DNA of 64,000 nucleotides from Azolla caroliniana (GCA_043228905.1 JBHGNT010000064.1:1-64000); one strand, 5' to 3'. Counted from the stretch's first letter, positions 50,601-63,372 are shown. Notes: generated by a model not told the origin, from the letters alone. A program made the numbers and translations.

Positions 50601-51702
50601 CAATGTGGTTTGCGGTGATGTCATCGACTTGATCCAGAAGGTGCCAAAGAAGGAATATACGCTAATGATTGCGGATATTCCTTACGGATTTCAAATGGCT
50701 GGGTCATCATACGATGATGAACCGTTTAGGTTTAAACAATTGGAGAAGATGGTCAAGGATTTCGCTGAGCTAACGACTGCATCCTTGTGGCGAATAGTTG
50801 TCTTTCATAGTATGGACCAAGGGTACTCGGTAGCTCAAGCTTTGAGATCTCGTTGCCATGGCATCGAGAACCTTGCATGGTAAGGATTATTTATAGGTGT
50901 CTTTCACTATATTGCATTTCTTAAGGTTGTTGAATCTATTCTTAACTCGATGAATTATTTTTTATAGGATCAAGACCAATGTAAATAGAGGGCCAACTTT
51001 TCGGTTCGTTAATGCCATTGAATACATAATGGTTGGCTACTTCGATGAAATTAAGAAACAGAGAATCAAAGAGCATTCTAATGAAGTGGGAGGTTCAAAT
51101 CTGTTGGTATATCCAGCAGTGACTCGGAAATTGCGACATGTCACCACGACAGAACGGGGACTTGTCAACCCATACCAAAAACCTCAACGACTTATGATGC
51201 GCTTGATCGAGATGTTTTTTGTCGAAGGAGACTGGATATTAGATCTCTTTTCTGGCATAGGTATTCCTCGAACTAGGGTAACGATCTTGAGATAACCAAT
51301 CACTTTTTTTTCGTTTGACAACTAAATCTTCTTGTTACTTACATCACAGGAACTACGTCAGCATGTGCATTGAAGCTGTTTAGAAATACAGTTGCATTGG
51401 AGAAGGACGAGGACCAAGTTATATTTATTAATATGCGGATTAAGGCTTTGTGGGAGTGCCCAGACCAGGATGAGGAGGTCGGTGCAAAGAACCTCGCCAA
51501 TACAGAAAGGTTTCAACCTGCTTCGCGAGAGCCTATTCCTCCGTTAGCCGTCGAACCGGGGGAGCTAATAGAGCTTGATGATGAGCTTATAGAAGATATT
51601 TCGTTGGCTCGGCTAACAGGGGAAACCAATGCACGTATAGCCGAAGAGAGTTCTACACAAGATGATGAAGAAAATGACGTTGATGAATTGATTGCTATGT
51701 AA
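47680..51702 (+). CDS. ParB/Srx-like domain fused to a beta-class N6A/N4C DNA methyltransferase, 974 aa; exons 47680-47714, 48477-50114, 50191-50329, 50413-50879, 50968-51260, 51350-51702
   Basis: Five GT-AG introns join one open frame of 2925 nt. ParB-like: LPITHI..IRE..V.NLK..PFIV..YFVIGGSHSAEA..LTTEEAKLLAWDHN..RQKMSSIE. MTase: GDVIDLI, IADIPYG (motif IV), WIKTN..AIEY, NPYQKP..LMMRLI, WILDLFSGIGTTSACAL..R..VALE (motif I). Exon 1 is the least certain. Confidence 0.88.
47765..48032. repeat. About five copies of the GAACTCGATACG-S-CGTATCGAGTT palindrome inside methyltransferase intron 1
   Basis: Same unit and spacer types as 1-752. Confidence 0.92.
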
Positions 51703-53232
51703 TAGACTCTATGAAGAATATGACACTGACGATTTGTTAAGATTTCGCATTATTAATACAAATTTTGGGTTTTACCTAGTGGATTCTATTCTTTATAATC
51801 TTCTATATGTTTCAATTTTATTTTTATATGCTTGATTAGTAGATTTATGATATTGGTTTCACCGCGTGCATAGCTTACTACCAAACTTATGGAGAAACAT
51901 GAACTAGTTTAAATGGAGGCTGATTTTGGTCCAAGCTAACCTTAACAGAACATGGCCCTATAATTGTTGCCATGACTGTCCATGTTGTTATTATGGATCT
52001 TTGTCTTCTATTGTTAAAACTATTATGTTTCTATTCCATTGCTGCTTAGATTGTGTAGTGTGTTGATAATGGTTCCAGTTGCGTTATCGTTCGGAGTTTG
52101 ATCTTGTGTGAATCACCTAAACAATAGAGTAGATCAATTTTAAATACAGGTATGAAAGCCTAATAGGCTTGTTATTTCCACGACATTATCCTAAAGTTCA
52201 CTGCCTTACATTGTGCACAATTATATACACATATGGTTTGATCCCATATGAACAAACTGTGGAATAGATTAGATCAACTTTAAATACAAGTATTGAATAC
52301 TTTAATAAGTTAGTTATTCCAATCACTTATCCTAATGTGCACTATCCTACATTTTCCACAATTACATACATGCACGTATGGGCAAAGTATAAATTATATC
52401 TCATTTTATTAGTATGGATACAAGTACACCTCATATTTTTGTAAAACTTACCTAATTAATATAAGTCTTTAAGTTAGTGTTTCCCTTGTCGCACAGTAGT
52501 GACATATTGAGCCATAGTTGAACTTTATTATGCCTACATTAACTTATCAACATGTCTAAACTTGCATGATTTCTAATGATCTCCACTCGTAGATCTATCA
52601 TGTATTTTTATATTTGCAAATTCTCATCAAGTTGAGGAACATGTGATACTAGTGCATCCAATTTTTGTAGAGAGGGTGTATTTGCTTCGTTTTAAGAAGA
52701 TTCTACAAGTGGAATGCGCAATCCTTCCACTTGTGAACGCGAACGTGTTAAACATGAATTAGTTTAAATTGAGGCTGATTTTGGTCCAAGCTAACCTTAA
52801 CATAACATGGCCCTACAATTGTTGCCATGACTGTCCATGTTGTTATTATGGATCTTTGTCTTCTATTGTTAAAACTATTATGTTTCTATTCCATTGCTGC
52901 TTAGATTGTGTAGTGTGTTGATAATGGTTCCACTTGCGTTATCGTTTGGAGTTTGATCCTGTGTGAATCACCTAAGCAATAGAGTAGATCAATTTTAAAT
53001 ACAGGTATGAAAGCCTTAATAGGTTTGTTATTTCCACAACATTATCCTAAAGTTCACTGCCTTACATTGTCCACAATTATATACATATGGTTTGATCCCA
53101 TATGAACAAACTGTGGAATAGATTAGATCAACTTTAAATACAAGTATTGAATACTTTAATAAGTTAGTTATTCCAATCACATTATCCTAATGTGCACTAT
53201 CCTACATTGTCCACAATTATATGCATGCACGT

Positions 53233-54245
53233 TGTTGTAGTGTAATTCACACACTACGTGAAAAATTACATTTTTGGTTTCTCCGGATAGGATATGGAGT
53301 ACCCAGTGAGAGCCGGAAGGAAGAACTGGTGAGGACCGAAACCGGTAAGGAGACCCGGCAAGAGCCGGATGAAGAAGGCCGGTGAGAGTCGGTGAGAAAC
53401 GGACGAAGAGGACCGGTAAGGAGGATCCGGTAAGAACCAGATAAAGAAAACCGGCGAGAACCGGATGAAGCAGAACCGGCAAGAGCCGGATGAAGAAGGT
53501 CGGAGAGAGTCTCTCACCAGATGAAGAGACATATTTGTAAATAGAAGAAAGTATAAAATTATATATTACATGCATAGGGCAAGATTCGAACCTTGCACCT
53601 CCATGTTAATAATGTTAAGCCTTATCATTATACTAGCGTATTATGAATTTTAAAGTTATACTAAACTTTATCCCATGTAAATATTCTAGACATGCATGGT
53701 ACAAAAAGTTATTCATGCATAGACACTCGAGTTAAAAGAAAAGAGGAGATAGAAAGCTAATCATGCACATGCAGTGTGCATGAAAACTAAAGATAGGAAA
53801 AGCATGATGCTTGCATGTGATAAACTTAGACTCTTCCAACACTATATAAGGAAGAGAGAAAGAGGAGATAGAAAGCTAATCATGCACATGCTGTGTGCAT
53901 GAAAACTAAAGATAGGAAAAGCATGATGCTTGCATGTGATAAACTTAGACTCTTCCAACACTATATAAGGAAGAGAGAAAGATGTATAGAGGTTGTTGAT
54001 TATTTTACAAGGGTTGATTAATATAATATAATCGTGGGATCCACGAGTTTGCTAACTATTTTCTTATCTTAATTTGAGTACTCACTAATACACTATACTC
54101 GTGGGATTCACGAGTTTTTCATATCTTTCTTTCTTACAATTTATTTCATATTCTTAATTGCCTTAGAATTTTTTTTCCTCCTAGTCCAAAACCCCAACGG
54201 TTCCCACCCGACTCATGCAACGCTCTGGAGCCGTAAGGCACGACA
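53233..54245. mobile_element. Solo LTR (1013 bp) inside transposon copy 2
   Basis: TGTTG...CACGACA; TSD ACGT; empty site TGCACGTATGGG at ~52371; internal ~118-bp tandem duplication. Confidence 0.85.
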
Positions 54246-55641
54246 ACGTATGGGTCAAAGTATAAATTATAACTCATTTTATTAGTATGGATACAAGTAC
54301 ACCTCATATTTTTGTAAAAGTTGCCTAATTAATATAAGTCTTTAAGTTAGTGTTTCCCTTGTCACACAGTAGTGACATATTGAGCCATTGTTGAACTTTA
54401 TTATGCCTACATTAACTTATCAACACGTCCAAACTTGCATGATTTCTAATGATCTCCACTCGTAGACCTATCATGTATTTTTATATTTGCAAATTCTCAT
54501 CAAGTTGAGGAACATGTGATACTAGCGCATCCAATTTTTGTAGAGAGGGTGTATTTGCTTCGTTTAAAGAAGATTCTACAAGTGGAATGCGCAATCCTTC
54601 CACTTGTGAACGCGAACGTGTTTTAAGTGGAACTATATTCCACCTTGTTGGTTGTTCCCTCCACAGGCGTCGTTCTTAGAGCGAACAATATGACTTAAGA
54701 TGGAGGACGTGGTGGAGGCATATTAGAATGGTCTATTCACGTAAATCGGTGAGATGGTTGATTTCGAGAAAGTGAAGTGGTTAATTTGGTTTTTGGATAA
54801 GGATGACGATAGCAAGTGTGGGGTAGACATAGATTAGTGGTGTCTGACTTGTTCTGTTGAGGCAAATAGATTGATGCTTTTAGCATGTTGGTTGAGGATT
54901 TTGCTGGTAATTGGTGGTATGATTGACATGGAAAATGTAGCATATTTTGTATTTTTTATAAGAATGAATGATGAGGGTGTCGGCAAATAGATTGATGCTT
55001 TCAACATGTTGGTTGAGGATTTTGTTGGTAATTGGTGGTATGGTTGACGTGGAAAATGTAGCATATTTTGTATTTTTTATAAGAATGAGTGATGAGGGCT
55101 GAAGCATCTTTTCATTAGGGGATGAGAGCAGTAGACTCATTCTATTTTTTGTAGGTACAAGACTTTGGTGATAAACGGCGAGCTGGTTTATGTGGAAAAT
55201 GAAGCTGATTTTTATTTTTGAAAGGATGAGTGATGATGTTGTCGAGGGCTGAAGCAGAATTTCATGAGGGGATGAGGAGAGCAGATTCATTTTGTTTTTT
55301 GACTGTATAGGAATTTGGTAAAAAGTGGTGACATGGTTGATGTGGAAATTTTTTGAAGCTGATTTTTTATTTTTTATTTTCTATAGCGATGAGTGAAGAT
55401 GGTGTCGGAGGTTGAAGTAGATTTTTATGAGGGGCTGAGGAGAGTGGATTCATTCTGTTTTTTGTATGTACAAGAGTTTGCTGATAAATGACGAGATGGT
55501 TGATGTTGAAAATGAAGTAGATTTTCTATTTTTGATAAAGATGAGTGAACATGGTGTCGGGGGCTGAAGCATATTTTCACGAGGGGAGGAGAGGACACTC
55601 CATTTTATATGTATAGGACTTTGGTCTTAATCGACAAGATG

Positions 55642-58600
55642 TGCTAAACACAGTGCTCGGCCACAACCGAGGAATAGGATCAACTCACAGAAAACAGGAA
55701 ATACAAAATGCACGAAGACAATAGAGAGAAGAGTACACAGGATGTTTTACGTGGAAAACCCTAAATGGGAAAAACCACGGGAGTCCTCAGACTCCAACTA
55801 TCACTATAAACAGAGATGTACAATGGTGAAGCTACAAGGCAACAACCTTGAGCTCACTGTCTTCGCCACAGGCGGCGGTAATACACAGAGGCAACGACCT
55901 CTTCGTCTCTCTCTCTCTCTCTCGCTCTCGGCTGCTCTCTGCTGCTCTCTTCACTCTTGCACACATAAGAGTGGCAATACACAATAGGCAACAACATACA
56001 GCCAGCAGCACTAAACAGTTTGCCCTAAGTCATATTTATACACATATGACTTTCGGACTATTTACAAATATAGCCTCAAAGGGCTCTTGGAAAACATATT
56101 CACAAATATGTCCCCACATCCGGTGAGTACTCTCACCGGGCCTGTATCTTCATCCGGTTCCGTAACCGGGTACTCTTCATCCGGCTTCATGCCGGGTACT
56201 CTTCATCCGGTGGTTCCGTAACCGTAACCGGGCTTGCCGTCATTCATCTCCGGACATCCCATCCGGAGGGACCGAAATCCCAACAAACTCCCCCTTCACT
56301 TCGGCATGGGATGTCTCTCCAATCCGATCCTCTTCCGGCATGCTTCCAGCTTGTCGGGTGTGAGCACCTTGGTCAGCATATCCGACCCGTTCTCGTCCGT
56401 GTGGATCTTCGTCAGCACGAACTCCTTGTCTTCTATCCTTTCCCGGATCCAGTGGTATCTACGCTGGATGTGTTTCGTCCGGGAATGGTAGGCCGCGTTC
56501 TTCGCAAGATGGATGGCACTCTGACTATCGCAGTAGAGCCGGTACTCCTCCTGCCGGATACCGAGCTCTCCAATGAAGTCCTTCATTCATATTATTTCCT
56601 TGTCGGCTTCAACAGCCGCCATGTACTCCGCCTCCGTGGTTGACAATGCAACCGTCTTCTGCAGCCTCGACTGCCACGAAACAGCTCCCCCTGCATACGT
56701 CATCACATACCCTGATGTGGACCGGCTGGTATCTGCATCAGCCGACATATCCGAATCGGTAAAGCCGTCGAGTTCGGGCTTACCGGAGCCGAATCGGAGG
56801 CACACGTTTGCCGTGCCCTTCAGGTATCGGAGTATCCACTTGGCCGCATTCCAGTGCTCTTTGCCGGGATTACTCATATACCGGCTCACCACTCCGACTG
56901 CATATCCAATGTCCGGTCGGGTACACACCATTGCGTACATCAAGCTCCCGACGGCAGAGGCATATGGTATCTTCATCATATCCTCCTTTTCAACCTTTGT
57001 CTTGGGACTTTGCTTGCCGAATAACTTGCAGTTTGCCGGGAGGGTCGATCCGACCGGTCTTGCTTCCGACATGTTGAACCGTTGAAGCACCTTTGTCACG
57101 TACTTCTCCTGTGACAGCCACAACTGCTTCTTCCTCCGGTCCCGGATGATGTGCATCCCTAATATTTGCCTCGCCAGACCCAAGTCCTTCATTGAGAAGG
57201 TTCGGTGAAGAGCCTTCTTCAGCATCCGTATCTTGACCTGGTCCCGTCCGACGATCAACATGTCGTCCACGTACAGGAGGAGTATTAGAAAGTCTCCTCC
57301 TTCGAACTTCTTTACAAATACGCAGTGATCAGCCTGCGTTTTGTGGTACCCTTCGTCGGTCATGAAAGAGTCGAACTTCCGGTACCATTGCCGAGGAGCC
57401 TGCTTCAGTCCGTAAAGGCTCTTCTTCAACCGGCATACCAGGTGCTCCTTCCCTTTCTTCTCGAATCCTTCCGGTTGCTGCATGTAGATCTCTTCTTCGA
57501 GGTCACCGTGAAGGAATGTCGTCTTCACGTCCATCTGTTCTACCTCGAGGTCCATGCTTGCCGCTATGCTCAGCACCGTCCGGATGGAGGTCATCTTCAC
57601 TACCGGGGCAAATATCTCGTCGAAGTCGACGCCCTTCTTCTGCTGGAACCCCTTCACCACGATCCTGGCTTTGTATCTCGGGGGGTTGCCGGCATCTCCC
57701 GGTTTCAGCTTGAACACCCACTTATTTCGAAGTGCCCGTTTTCCTTTCGGCAACTCCACAAGTTCATATGTGTGGTTCTCATGCAGGGAATCCATCTCGT
57801 CCTGCATGGCACTCAACCACTTGCGGCTCTGGGTGTCATGCTTTGCTTCTTCAAAGCTCTCCGGCTCCCCCTCGTCGGTCAGCAACACGTGCTCTGGATC
57901 CGGAAATCTCCGAGGGGCCCTTCTCTCTCTTAGAGGATATCTCCGTTCCGGAGCTTCGGTAACCGGCTCCTCCATTTCCTCTTCATCCGAATCCATTTCG
58001 GGATCGGGGTCGGTTCCGGTATCAGTTTCATCTTCCTCGGCCGGTTCTGTTTCTTCACCGTCTTCGGCCGGATCCTCGAGTGCTAACCGGTCCCTTGCCG
58101 GTCGGGACTGCTCCTCGTAGAGTTGATTCTCACCGGTCGACTTGGAGCTCTTCATCTTCTTCTCCGACTCCCAATCGGCGAGTGTCTTGTCCTCCATGAA
58201 GATGATATCTAGACTCCTGAATATCTTCTTGTCGACCGGGTCCCATACTCGGTAGCCGAACTCGTCGTCGCCGTAACCGAGGAATATGCATGGCCGGGAC
58301 TTTGGATCTAACTTTCCTCTCCGGTCCTTTGCCACATGCACGTATGTGAGACACCCAAACACCTTCAGATGCCGGTAGGACACTTCCTTACCGGTCCACA
58401 CTCTCTGTGGCGTGTCTCCATCCAGGGGTACTGAGGGTGATCTATTTATCACATATGTCGCCGTCGACATTGCCTCAGCCCAAAACCCCTTGGGTAATTT
58501 CGCATGTGCTAGCATACTCCGGACCCTCTCCATTATGGTCCGGTTCATCCTCTCGGCCAGCCTGTTCAGTTCCGGCGTCTTCGGCACAGTAAACTCGAGC

Positions 58601-61054
58601 CGGATTCCCATCGAACGGCAATACTCCTCGAATTGCCCTCGGTATTCTCCTCCGTTATCCGCTCGTAGTGCTTTCAGCTTCTTGCCGGATTCTCTTTCCA
58701 CTCTCGCGTGGAGTTCTTTGAAGACGGACAATACTTGGTCCTTTGTCTTCAACGGTGCCGTCCACAGCTTCCGGCTGTGGTCATCTATGAATGTTACGAA
58801 GTACTGGGCTCCGCCATGTGACTTCGTTTCTACCTGACACACATCAGTGTGTACCAACTCCAATGGTACACTACGTCTCATCGGTGGTCTTGAGCGGAAG
58901 GAGGTCCGGTTTTGCTTACCGGCCAGACAGTCGGTACACTTCCCCAGGTGTACGTGCTTTACCGGTATCAGGTTGTCTTCGGCAAGCCTCTTCATCCCCT
59001 TCTCGCTCATGTGGCACAGTCTCTTGTGCCACAGCTCACCGGCAGTGTCAGCTGCCACGTTCAGCTCCTCCGGACATAGCCGGGAATTCATCAGGTACAG
59101 TGTGTTGACCTTCCGGGCCCGAGCCACTATCAGGCTCCCTTTGCTGAACTTCATGACACCGTTCCGGATGCTACCCGTGTAGCCTTCATCGTCTAGCCTC
59201 CCGGCCGAAATCAGGTTCAATCGAACCTCCGGAACGTGTCGGACATCCTTCAGCAGCATCTTGCATCCGGTTGATGTCATCAGCCACACGTCTCCTATGC
59301 CGGCAATCCGGCATGTACCTTCATTTCCCATCCGGACACAGCCGTGCTCACCGGCTGTGTAGGATGAGAAGTATTTCTTCTCCGGGGTCAGGTGGAACGA
59401 CGCTCCGGAATCGACCACCCAGGTCATCTCTTCACCGGCAAGGTTCAGCTCCCTCTCTTCGGTAATGAGCATTATCTCTTCTTCACTTGCCGCGAGTGCC
59501 GTCGTTCCTTTCCGGTCCTGCCCTCGCCGATCCGGACCTCTCCGGTCCGTGGCTCCCCGGTATGCACCGTTTCGCTCCGGTGACTTCTTCGAATCGGTAC
59601 CGTCGGTTCCATTGTCTTTCCGGAAATGCCGACAGTTCTTCTGGAAGTGCCCCGGCTTCCCACAGTAGAAGCATGTAGGTCTTCCCCTCGACTGTGACCG
59701 TGTCCCCGACTTCTCCCGTCTTTGCGGACTCCGGTTCCGTTGTCTTCCCCGTTCCGATTCGGTAAGCAGCGCCTTCGAGTCGGAGGCCGGTTCTTTATCT
59801 CTCCGACGCGCTTCTTCATTTAGAATACTTGTCTTTACCGTTAGTAAAGACAAGTTCTCTTCCTTATAGGAGGTGCTGAGAGTAACTACCAAGTTCTCCC
59901 AGCTCTCCGGAAGGGTACACATCAGCATGATGGCTTGCATTGCGTCATCCAACGGGAACTTGATCGCCGCAAGCTGGTTCACGAATCCCATGAACGTGCT
60001 GACGTGTTCGACCATGCTCTGGCCGTCCCGGTACTTAAGATTCACTATCTTCCTCATCAGGGAGGTCCGGGTCAGAGCATTCTTCCTCTCATACAGTCCG
60101 GACAGCTTCTGCCACATCTCATAGGCGTTCGTATCGTTCGCCACATGTTGCCGGATCGTCGCTACGGCTTACATCGACATATTGCCGGATCGTCGCTACG
60201 GCTTTCCGGTTCAGGAGCTTCCACTCCGACTCTATTACCCCCTTGGGTATCTCGGCATTGTCGATCGGTTCGTACAGGTCTCGGACGATGAGAAGGTCTT
60301 CCATCTTTATCTTCCAGTCGGCGTAGTTCTGTGAGTTCAACACCATCATGCCCGGAGGCCCACTACCGCCGCCTTCCATTTTCTGTGTTAACCTTGCTCT
60401 GATACCAGTTTGCTAAACACAGTGCTCGGCCACAACCGAGGAATAGGATCAACTCACAGAAAACAGGAAATACAAAATGCACGAAGACAATAGAGAGAAG
60501 AGTACACAGGATGTTTTACGTGGAAAACCCTAAATGGGAAAAACCACGGGAGTCCTCAGACTCCAACTATCACTATAAACAGAGATGTACAATGGTGAAG
60601 CTACAAGGCAACAACCTTGAGCTCACTGTCTTCGCCACAGGCGGCGGTAATACACAGAGGCAACGACCTCTTCGTCTCTCTCTCTCTCTCTCGCTCTCGG
60701 CTGCTCTCTGCTGCTCTCTTCACTCTTGCACACATAAGAGTGGCAATACACAATACGCAACAACATACAGCCAGCAGCACTAAACAGTTTGCCCTAAGTC
60801 ATATTTATACACATATGACTTTCGGACTATTTACAAATATAGCCTCAAAGGGCTCTTGGAAAACATATTCACAAATATGTCCCCACATCCGGTGAGTACT
60901 CTCACCGGGCCTGTATCTTCATCCGGTTCCGTAACCGGGTACTCTTCATCCGGCTTCATGCCGGGTACTCTTCATCCGGTGGTTCCGTAACCGTAACCGG
61001 GCTTGCCGTCATTCATCTCCGGACATCCCATCCGGAGGGACCGAAATCCCAACA
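55642..61054 (-). mobile_element. Young full-length Ty1/Copia element; 644-bp LTRs 55642-56285 and 60411-61054
   Basis: TSD AGATG; PBS (tRNA-iMet) 60396-60407; PPT next to 56285; one LTR mismatch seen. Confidence 0.97.
56296..60379 (-). pseudogene. Copia gag-pol with a duplication-caused frameshift (~60148-60204) and a stop at 56587
   Basis: All domains present (gag, zinc knuckle, VDSGAS, integrase, YVDDML, RNase H). Confidence 0.9.
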
Positions 61055-61073
61055 AGATGGTGGATGTGGAAAA

Positions 61074-61741
61074 TGTGAGGAATATGTCCCTCTAGTGTGA
61101 GAAGCCGATTGGTCGGGCTGAGAGCCGACAATCGAAGACACAGAGAGGGGACATGAAGAGTCGAATGGGGGAGTCAACAGTAGATGATCCAAGTCGAAGA
61201 CAAGACCGACTAGTCGGGCACCGGATGGTCGACGACAAGGTTGACTAGTCGGGTCGACTGGACAGTCGACATAGGTGTCGGCTAGTTGAATCGACTAGTC
61301 AACCAATCGGCTGATTAACTACTACTATTGTTACTATAATAATATAAGTTGTAGTAATAGAGACTACATTTGTAAATAGCCCATATTGTGTATAAGTATA
61401 AATACACCTAGGGCAACCATTATGTTTGGTATGTAGAATAGAGTTTCTGTAGTGGTAAGTGTACAGAGAGTGTGAGGGCAAGTGGGCAACGGCATAGCTC
61501 TGAGAAGCCTGCCAAGAAACCCTAAGAGGGTATACTTTGTTCAAAACATAGTGTTGTAGTCTATTCTTCTCTCATGTAATCTCTGTTGATATAGTGGAAG
61601 ATTTGTTCTCCCGTGGTTTTTTCCCTCGTTTAGGGTTTCCACGTAAAACCTGTGCACTGTGTATTTTGTCCATTTGTTTTTTGTCCTGAGTTGTGTATTT
61701 TTGCGTATTCCTTTGACAAATCTTAAGATCCCTTCCTATTA
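61074..61741 (+). mobile_element. Solo LTR, 668 bp
   Basis: TG start; TSD GAAAA (61069-61073 and 61742-61746); U5-like CCGTGGTTTTTTCCC..AGGGTTTCCACGTAAA shared with other LTRs in the window. Confidence 0.75.
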
Positions 61742-63033
61742 GAAAATGAAGCGGATTTCCTATTTTTTGATAAGGATGAGTGATGATGGTGTCGGGGGTT
61801 GAAGCATATCGTCATGAGGGCATGAGGAAAGTAGACTCATTCACGCTAGCAAGTGTGGGGGTGGGAATAGATTAGTGTTGTCTGACTTGTTCTGTTGGTG
61901 CAAGTAGATTGATGCTTTCATCATGACGGTTGAGGATTTTGCTGGTAACTGGCGCACTTTGGTGATAAACGGCGAGATGGTTGATGTGGAAAATGAGGCT
62001 GATTTTATAGTTTTGAAAGGATGAGTGATGATGTTGTCGAGGGCTGAAGTAGAATTTCATGAGGGGATGAGGAGGAGAGCAAATTCATGAGGGGAGAAGG
62101 AGAGCACACTCGAGATGGATATGACTTCATGGTACTTTCTTTGCCTCCAAAGATTGGCTAGGTTTGTTTCTTATTTAGCTTTACCTACAAAGATTGACTA
62201 CGGTTGTATGTAATATTGGAGTATTGTGTATAATGCCTCTGGCCACTTTAATTTCATACCAATGGAGGATGTTTTTTTTATAATAAAAAGACCTAATATT
62301 TCTCTTACGAGTATGGCCTCAAGTTTAGGTAGATATTTTTTCATAGATTTTAAAGTTGCAATCACAATCCATGACGTTGTGATAGACACGACACGGTGGT
62401 GCTTAGTGAGCGTAAAAGTGTCAACTCATACAAGAAAACAAAGTCTACTAAACATGATATTTTAATAATCCCTTTCTCTTGGATGTTTCAAGTCAGATAT
62501 TTTCTAATGGTTCCGGGAAAAATAGTTATCCATCATTTGGCCATGCGAATGCGTGTCTTTCGTATGGAATACCCATCGGTTTTACAAATATAATCAAATT
62601 ACCCCTACTGCTTATTTAAATCAAGTTTAAAACTAATAATCAGGCATATAAGATATGTATATATAGATAGATATATGTATGTATGTATATATGTGGGCTC
62701 TAACGTAACACCAATAATAAGCTTATTGTGAGGGTTTATTAGAGCCAATAATTTACCACTTGCAAAAAATGAAAATGATTGTGAACGTTGGTTGGTTGGA
62801 GGCTGGGGCTTATAGTAGCAAGTCAATAACAATGATGAGATTATGAATAATAAGTAAGTAATGTGCTGCAGTTAATAATGCGCATGATAAAATGGATGGA
62901 TAGTTATCCCATTCATTCTCATGTACGCATGTACGCATATATGTATACATAAACATATATGTTATACATAGCATTCAAAATCAACCATTCAATAAAAAAG
63001 GAAAAATGGAAAAAGACGATGGCCACACAAAAC

Positions 63034-63071
<38 letters not shown>

Positions 63072-63278
63072 TCTTCTTCTTCCTTCTTCTTCTTCTTCTT
63101 CTTCTTTGTTTTAAGAAGAAGGAAAGGCAGTGACAGAGCGAGAGATAGACACAGAGACACAGAGACACAGAGAGAGGGAGAGAGAGAGAGAGACGCAGAC
63201 ACACAAACGCAACCGCCCCCATCCCGATTCACCAAAAGAGAAAAACAAAGACACAGAGAGGGAAAGAGGCGTGTGTGA

Positions 63279-63312
<34 letters not shown>

Positions 63313-63372
63313 GTATACATCTATAGATAGGTAGATTATATATTTGAGTTTGAGGTCTTCTTGACTCATTCC

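Larger units (their letters stand above)
38143..52749. mobile_element. DNA transposon copy 3 (inner copy, full structure, ~9.0 kb net of the Copia insert)
   Basis: TIRs at both ends; TSD AAAC (38139-38142 and 52750-52753); the empty site GGAGAAACATGAA is visible at 51891-51903. Confidence 0.95.
34244..54622. mobile_element. DNA transposon copy 2 (outer copy, internally deleted, ~4.75 kb net of inserts)
   Basis: TIRs at 34244 and 54622; TSD TTAA (34240-34243 and 54623-54626); removing it restores the LINE reading frame. Confidence 0.92.
54800..62100. repeat. Degenerate tandem repeat (unit of roughly 150 bp) interrupted by two LTR insertions
   Basis: Recurring GATGAGTGATGATG..GTCG.GGGCTGAAGCA..TTTCATGAGGGG and TGATGTGGAAAATG blocks at 54800-55640 and 61742-62100. 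Confidence 0.65.

Noticed and set aside
47680-51702. Bacterial contamination or a restriction-modification operon
   Set aside because: The gene has five spliceosomal introns and a TATA box, lies inside a TSD-flanked element nested in plant TEs, and has no adjacent restriction endonuclease.
52100-52700. Third, minus-strand gene in the transposon 3' region
   Set aside because: Some splice-like signals and a coding-looking stretch exist, but the frame has several stops and no recognisable motif.
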